From a virus: a stretch of DNA of 64,000 nt. The stretch covers positions 96,001-160,000 of IMG/VR virus record IMGVR_UViG_3300022562_001814. One strand, 5' to 3'. The stretch's first letter is position 1, and the number at the start of each line of letters is the position of its first letter. Under the pieces are notes generated by a model. The model was not told the DNA's origin, made no database searches, and worked only from the letters and a program-made list of their open reading frames with translations. Shown here piece after piece: positions 60,130-64,000 of this stretch. Both the position numbers and the translations under genes were made by a program.

Positions 60130-61476
60130 ATGACAATTTATCCGAACGGCATAGACTCAATATTACAATTACCAACAGTAGCTGGAATTACCGATGAAGC
60201 CATTGCTATAAATGCTTTACGTGAATCAGTAATAGCGGTGGAAACCGAATTGGGATTAACTCCACATGGAATTTATTCTGATGTAGCTACTAGATTGTCA
60301 GTACTTGAAAGTAGGGTGGGTCCAGGACCTGGAATTACTGGTGGTAGTATAGATATCAATGATGCTAACTTAACTGGAGTATTAAATATTGCCCGAGGTG
60401 GTACTGCTTTAAATGCCGTTGGTTCTTTACATACTGTACTTACTTCTACTGGCACTACACTTTTCTATAAATTATTAGATGATAATAATATTGATGCAGC
60501 GGCTGCAATATTAGGGACCAAACTTTTTCCAGATTTTGGAAGTCAAGATGTTTATACGGATGGATATATAAGGGGAGCCTCTTTAGTAATAGGTAGCGGT
60601 GGTCCGAGCATTACTGTTGGTACTGGCGTACCAATCAGTTCAGAACCTGATGGTTCTGTATTTTTAAGAACAGATGGTAGTGTTAGTGCTGGAGTATATA
60701 CTCGTCAAAGCAGTGTTTGGTCCGCACTAGGTGGTGCGCCAGGTGGTAGTGATGGTTATATTCAATTCAATGATGCCGGTTCATTTAATGGAGACCCAGG
60801 ACTCACTTATGATAAAAATACAAATGTATTATCTATTAGCGATGCGCTTGAAATTGGACTTACAACAGCTACTACGGGTGCTATTAGATTAGCAAATACC
60901 GCTTCTATTCAAGCTCGTGATACTGGCGATATAAATGATTATAATTTAATTAATTTAGATAATTCTGATTATGTTACAATTGGAAACATCTCTCAGAGTT
61001 TTATTCAATTAGGTGCTGCAACAGCGGATTGGCTTGTATCTGTAGACGGTTATCAGGTTATGAGGGCTGTGAGCGGTATCCTTAATGTAAGTATAGATAC
61101 AACGAATGATAGTAATTCTAAAACAACAGTAAATGATGTAGTTAGAAATGTGCAAACTACTGATGCTACTCCCACGACGATTTATTCTTATACTGCAACG
61201 GATGAGGCAGTAACAATGGTTGATGCTGCTATTACTGGTATTACAAGTGATGGTAGTGTGGTAGCTGGATATAAACGCGGTGCGTTGTTTAAACGTGATG
61301 GTGGTGTTCTTTCACAAATAGGTTCTACAGTATCTAATTATACTGAAGAAGAAAGTGCGGCATGGGATGTTGGTCTTTCTGCTTCCGGAACAAGCATTTT
61401 AGTTACTGTTACAGGAGAAAATGCAACTACAATTCAATGGCAAGCAGTTATTAGATCTCAGATTGGGATTCCATAA
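60130..61476 (+). CDS. Fibre / virion decoration protein, YPxxID-anchor family member 2
   Basis: YPNGIDS...NALRESVIAVETELGLTPHG, GGSDGYIQFNDAGSFNG, and a C-terminal TTDATPT domain. Confidence 0.7.
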   Translation: MTIYPNGIDSILQLPTVAGITDEAIAINALRESVIAVETELGLTPHGIYSDVATRLSVLESRVGPGPGITGGSIDINDANLTGVLNIARGGTALNAVGSLHTVLTSTGTTLFYKLLDDNNIDAAAAILGTKLFPDFGSQDVYTDGYIRGASLVIGSGGPSITVGTGVPISSEPDGSVFLRTDGSVSAGVYTRQSSVWSALGGAPGGSDGYIQFNDAGSFNGDPGLTYDKNTNVLSISDALEIGLTTATTGAIRLANTASIQARDTGDINDYNLINLDNSDYVTIGNISQSFIQLGAATADWLVSVDGYQVMRAVSGILNVSIDTTNDSNSKTTVNDVVRNVQTTDATPTTIYSYTATDEAVTMVDAAITGITSDGSVVAGYKRGALFKRDGGVLSQIGSTVSNYTEEESAAWDVGLSASGTSILVTVTGENATTIQWQAVIRSQIGIP

Positions 61477-61490
61477 GGATAAAATACGGT

Positions 61491-61568
61491 ATTTGGTTTA
61501 TCTATAATAGATTATGCCAATGTTGTACATAATCTTAGCTTATAAATACGTATATAGATAGGTCAAAT
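61491..61568 (+). promoter_or_regulatory. RBS-sequestering hairpin enclosing TATAAATA
   Basis: atttggtttatctata (61491-61506) pairs with tatagataggtcaaat (61553-61568): 16 bp including 3 G-U, covering the AGGT SD and the AT of ATG. Inner hairpin agattatg/cataatct. TATAAATA lies at 61541-61548. Confidence 0.65.
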
Positions 61569-62343
61569 GATCAAATATCCTGCATCAATAGATTCAACAA
61601 TAGAATTGCCGTACATAGTTGATAATAGCACCCCTGTTAAAGGTGATATTATTAATAATTTACGTGATGCAGTTGTTGCATTAGAAACAGAATTAGGTAT
61701 TAAACCTAGTGGTATTTATGCTAATGTAAGAACTAGATTAAATGCTATTGAATCTATTGTTAATGATTTACAGCTTGGAATAGTTACTTTTGGCGGAGAT
61801 CTTAGCTCTATCGATTCGGTTACTCAAAAAGTAACAGGTTTACAAGGTAGATCGATAAGTAGCGCAACCCCTTCTGTCAATCAAACCTATATATGGAGCG
61901 GTACAGAATGGGCTCCGGGAGATGTATCTAGCGTTACTAGTGTACAAGATGGATATAATTACGGAAAAACTTTAATAATTGTTGGATTTGCTAATACAAC
62001 TAATACTGATTCTAGCGTTTTTACTAATGCGGCAACTTTTAGGCTAGATCCAACCATATTAACTTCAGCTAATGGTACTCGAACAATTAAAATGAGAGTA
62101 TTATCAAATACTACTGGACCACTAATGACTATGCAATTATATAATTTAACTGATGCTTTAGTAGTTCCTAATACCACCTTAACTACATCTTCGACTATAC
62201 CAGACGAGCAAATTACTGTGGATTTAAGTGGTGATTTTACTAGCGGTCCTGCAATTTATCAATTACAAATTAAAATGGCTGCAGGATCTCCATCAGATCG
62301 TGTTATATTAGAATACGCAGTATTAGAAGTAGAGTGGTCTTAA
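61567..62343 (+). CDS. Fibre / virion decoration protein, YPxxID-anchor family member 3
   Basis: YPASIDS...NNLRDAVVALETELGIKPSG...VRTRL, followed by a C-terminal beta-sandwich. Confidence 0.7.
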   Translation: MIKYPASIDSTIELPYIVDNSTPVKGDIINNLRDAVVALETELGIKPSGIYANVRTRLNAIESIVNDLQLGIVTFGGDLSSIDSVTQKVTGLQGRSISSATPSVNQTYIWSGTEWAPGDVSSVTSVQDGYNYGKTLIIVGFANTTNTDSSVFTNAATFRLDPTILTSANGTRTIKMRVLSNTTGPLMTMQLYNLTDALVVPNTTLTTSSTIPDEQITVDLSGDFTSGPAIYQLQIKMAAGSPSDRVILEYAVLEVEWS

Positions 62344-62354
62344 ATGAGGAATAA

Positions 62355-63776
62355 ATGGCAACAGTAGTAATAACAAATCAAGCACTTGCGGGTACAAGTA
62401 ATACCGTTAAAACTATGTGGCATTTAACCAGAGTTATGAAAAAGGCTGGTTGGAATGTGGTAGCTCATAGTGATGGAACTACTAAAACATCAGCTGGTAC
62501 CAATGCAAATGATTCCTGGGGTAATAATTCCGATCCTTTATTAGATTCTTATCCTTCTGGTTTTGATTCCGCTTACATATGGATTGTAATGCAAGGACCA
62601 TCTACTTTAAAAATTCCACTCAATAATGCTCCATCTGGCGCTCCTTTAAGAGGCGAAACGGTTACCCAATCTGCTACAGGAGCCGAGGGTGAATTACTCG
62701 GTTATGTATGGGATTCATCTGGTATGTCTGGATGGATGGTTGTTGCACCTCGCGTGGGCACATTTAATGTATCCACGGATCTTGTTGGATCTACAAGTTC
62801 AGCATCTTTAACTCCTACTGGCACAATTGTGACTTATGTACGAGAGTTTATGTTTTCAAAAGTACAAAGTTCTAATAATTATGATTCGAATATATATTAT
62901 ATTTGTGCAGATGTTTCCGGAGAAAGCGCTCAATTGTATTCTGCTTTAGCTTCTTCTGCCGGCTGTACAGCAACCGTTCCTCCTGGTTCTGGTGGAACGA
63001 GTAATAGTTTTCCTACTTTGGGTCTTGCTATTCGTGGTGCAGGAGATAGTGCTACAACTACCGGCGGGGGCTTTATGGCCTCTTATTCAAGCGGTTATGT
63101 GGGTAGTTATCATGCCGGTTGTGTCAATGCCACTGTATCTAGTGGGGTAACAGCTGATGGAAGTTTTTATGTTTTAGCAAGTAATAGTAATTTATCTGGA
63201 ATATTATCCGGATGGATATTTACTAGAGTAGATGATCAGGATCCGGGTGATGTAGATCCTTATGTAATATGTCATGTAAATGGTGGCGCAATTAGTTCAA
63301 GCTGGACTAGATTGTCAAGTACAAGTTATGGTTCGAGTCCAGCCCCACTTGCAGGTGTAAATCAAGTATCATTAAGTTCGTATAGCGTTTATTCCGGATA
63401 TCAAGCAAGAGGATGTCCAGTAACAGCTCGTGATATACCGATCCCATATACCGCTGGAGGATCTTATTCTTCAACTAACGGTAATACCACCTTTCATGTT
63501 GCATCATACCCTTCTGTTACTCGTCTTGTAAATCATCCAGCGACTACACCACCAATGCAACGTGAAAGCGTATTAATTCATCAAATTGGTGCCGGAGTAA
63601 GCGGAGCCGCGCTTAAACACGTGAAAGGTCGGTGTCGTTGGATACAATTAGCCAGTCAAGGCAGCGCGTTAGATACTGCAGATAATAAATCATGGATTTG
63701 CGTTTCTTCTGTAACAAGTAATTACGCGGCAATTTTAATTGGACCTTGGGATGGTTCTACAACACCGAGCGCATAA
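62355..63776 (+). CDS. Ser/Gly/Thr-rich virion structural protein
   Basis: GAGG SD; contains GETVTQSATGAEG; lies within the fibre cluster. Confidence 0.6.
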   Translation: MATVVITNQALAGTSNTVKTMWHLTRVMKKAGWNVVAHSDGTTKTSAGTNANDSWGNNSDPLLDSYPSGFDSAYIWIVMQGPSTLKIPLNNAPSGAPLRGETVTQSATGAEGELLGYVWDSSGMSGWMVVAPRVGTFNVSTDLVGSTSSASLTPTGTIVTYVREFMFSKVQSSNNYDSNIYYICADVSGESAQLYSALASSAGCTATVPPGSGGTSNSFPTLGLAIRGAGDSATTTGGGFMASYSSGYVGSYHAGCVNATVSSGVTADGSFYVLASNSNLSGILSGWIFTRVDDQDPGDVDPYVICHVNGGAISSSWTRLSSTSYGSSPAPLAGVNQVSLSSYSVYSGYQARGCPVTARDIPIPYTAGGSYSSTNGNTTFHVASYPSVTRLVNHPATTPPMQRESVLIHQIGAGVSGAALKHVKGRCRWIQLASQGSALDTADNKSWICVSSVTSNYAAILIGPWDGSTTPSA

Positions 63777-64000
63777 TGAGTGATTTGGGTCAAACTATTA
63801 ATTATGACAATCGAGAATCTTACGGATTTGCTGAAGGTAATTATGGTATACCGGATGGTTATTCGGATTTGTATACATTTACTGGATTTACAGTGTCGGG
63901 GTATATTGAAACAGAAAAAGGTGATACTGCACCAATTAACCCAAATACAAGTTCTTTTTTAGTTGAAGGATCCGTGCGCTACTATAATTTACGTGGTTAT
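63776..64000 (+). CDS. Hypothetical virion-cluster protein, 3'-truncated
   Basis: TAATG coupling. The frame is open to the window end (MSDLGQTINYDNRESYGFAEGNYGIPDGYSDL...) and is preferred over listed ORF 63780-63962. Confidence 0.7.
   Translation, partial: MSDLGQTINYDNRESYGFAEGNYGIPDGYSDLYTFTGFTVSGYIETEKGDTAPINPNTSSFLVEGSVRYYNLRGY

Noticed and set aside
3436-62177. Minus-strand ORFs and nested alternate-frame ORFs in the track (e.g. 5897-6256, 18964-19353, 53224-53664, 58340-58798)
   Set aside because: They are shadows of long, well-supported + strand genes and have no recognisable motifs.
57651-63776. Diversity-generating retroelement acting on the fibre genes
   Set aside because: No reverse transcriptase and no near-identical TR/VR pair differing at adenines were seen in this window.
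63780-63962. Listed 60-aa ORF
   Set aside because: The overlapping frame from the ATG at 63776 is translationally coupled to the upstream gene and open to the window end.

Overview
AT-rich, densely coding window with every credible gene on the + strand. It is best read as part of a large (probably jumbo) contractile-tailed phage genome using the standard genetic code. 1-35 kb is the tail/baseplate module: sheath (5'-truncated), tube, tail chaperone with an A-AAA-AAA -1 frameshift, tape measure, tube initiator, hub, spike, a membrane protein, gp25-like, baseplate J, a 2327-aa LamG protein and a split-dockerin protein, interrupted by free-standing HNH and GIY-YIG endonuclease genes. 35-43 kb holds three glycosyltransferase genes (one fused to a methyltransferase), RmlB, a candidate envelope-spanning protein, a tubulin/FtsZ-family GTPase and a GH73-like lysin. 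43-57 kb holds SF2 helicase, DnaC-like loader, DnaB, two FmdB zinc ribbons, a sigma factor, nrdB/nrdA, PIN-PhoH and Met aminopeptidase. 57.6-64 kb is an array of fibre/decoration proteins with a shared N-terminal anchor. The most notable signals are (1) a DGY tripeptide strongly enriched in virion proteins next to a glycosylation cassette, (2) RBS-occluding hairpins with a TATATA/TATAAATA promoter-like motif inside, (3) a possible new spanin architecture and (4) a phage tubulin. All assignments come from motif recognition by eye; no searches were run.
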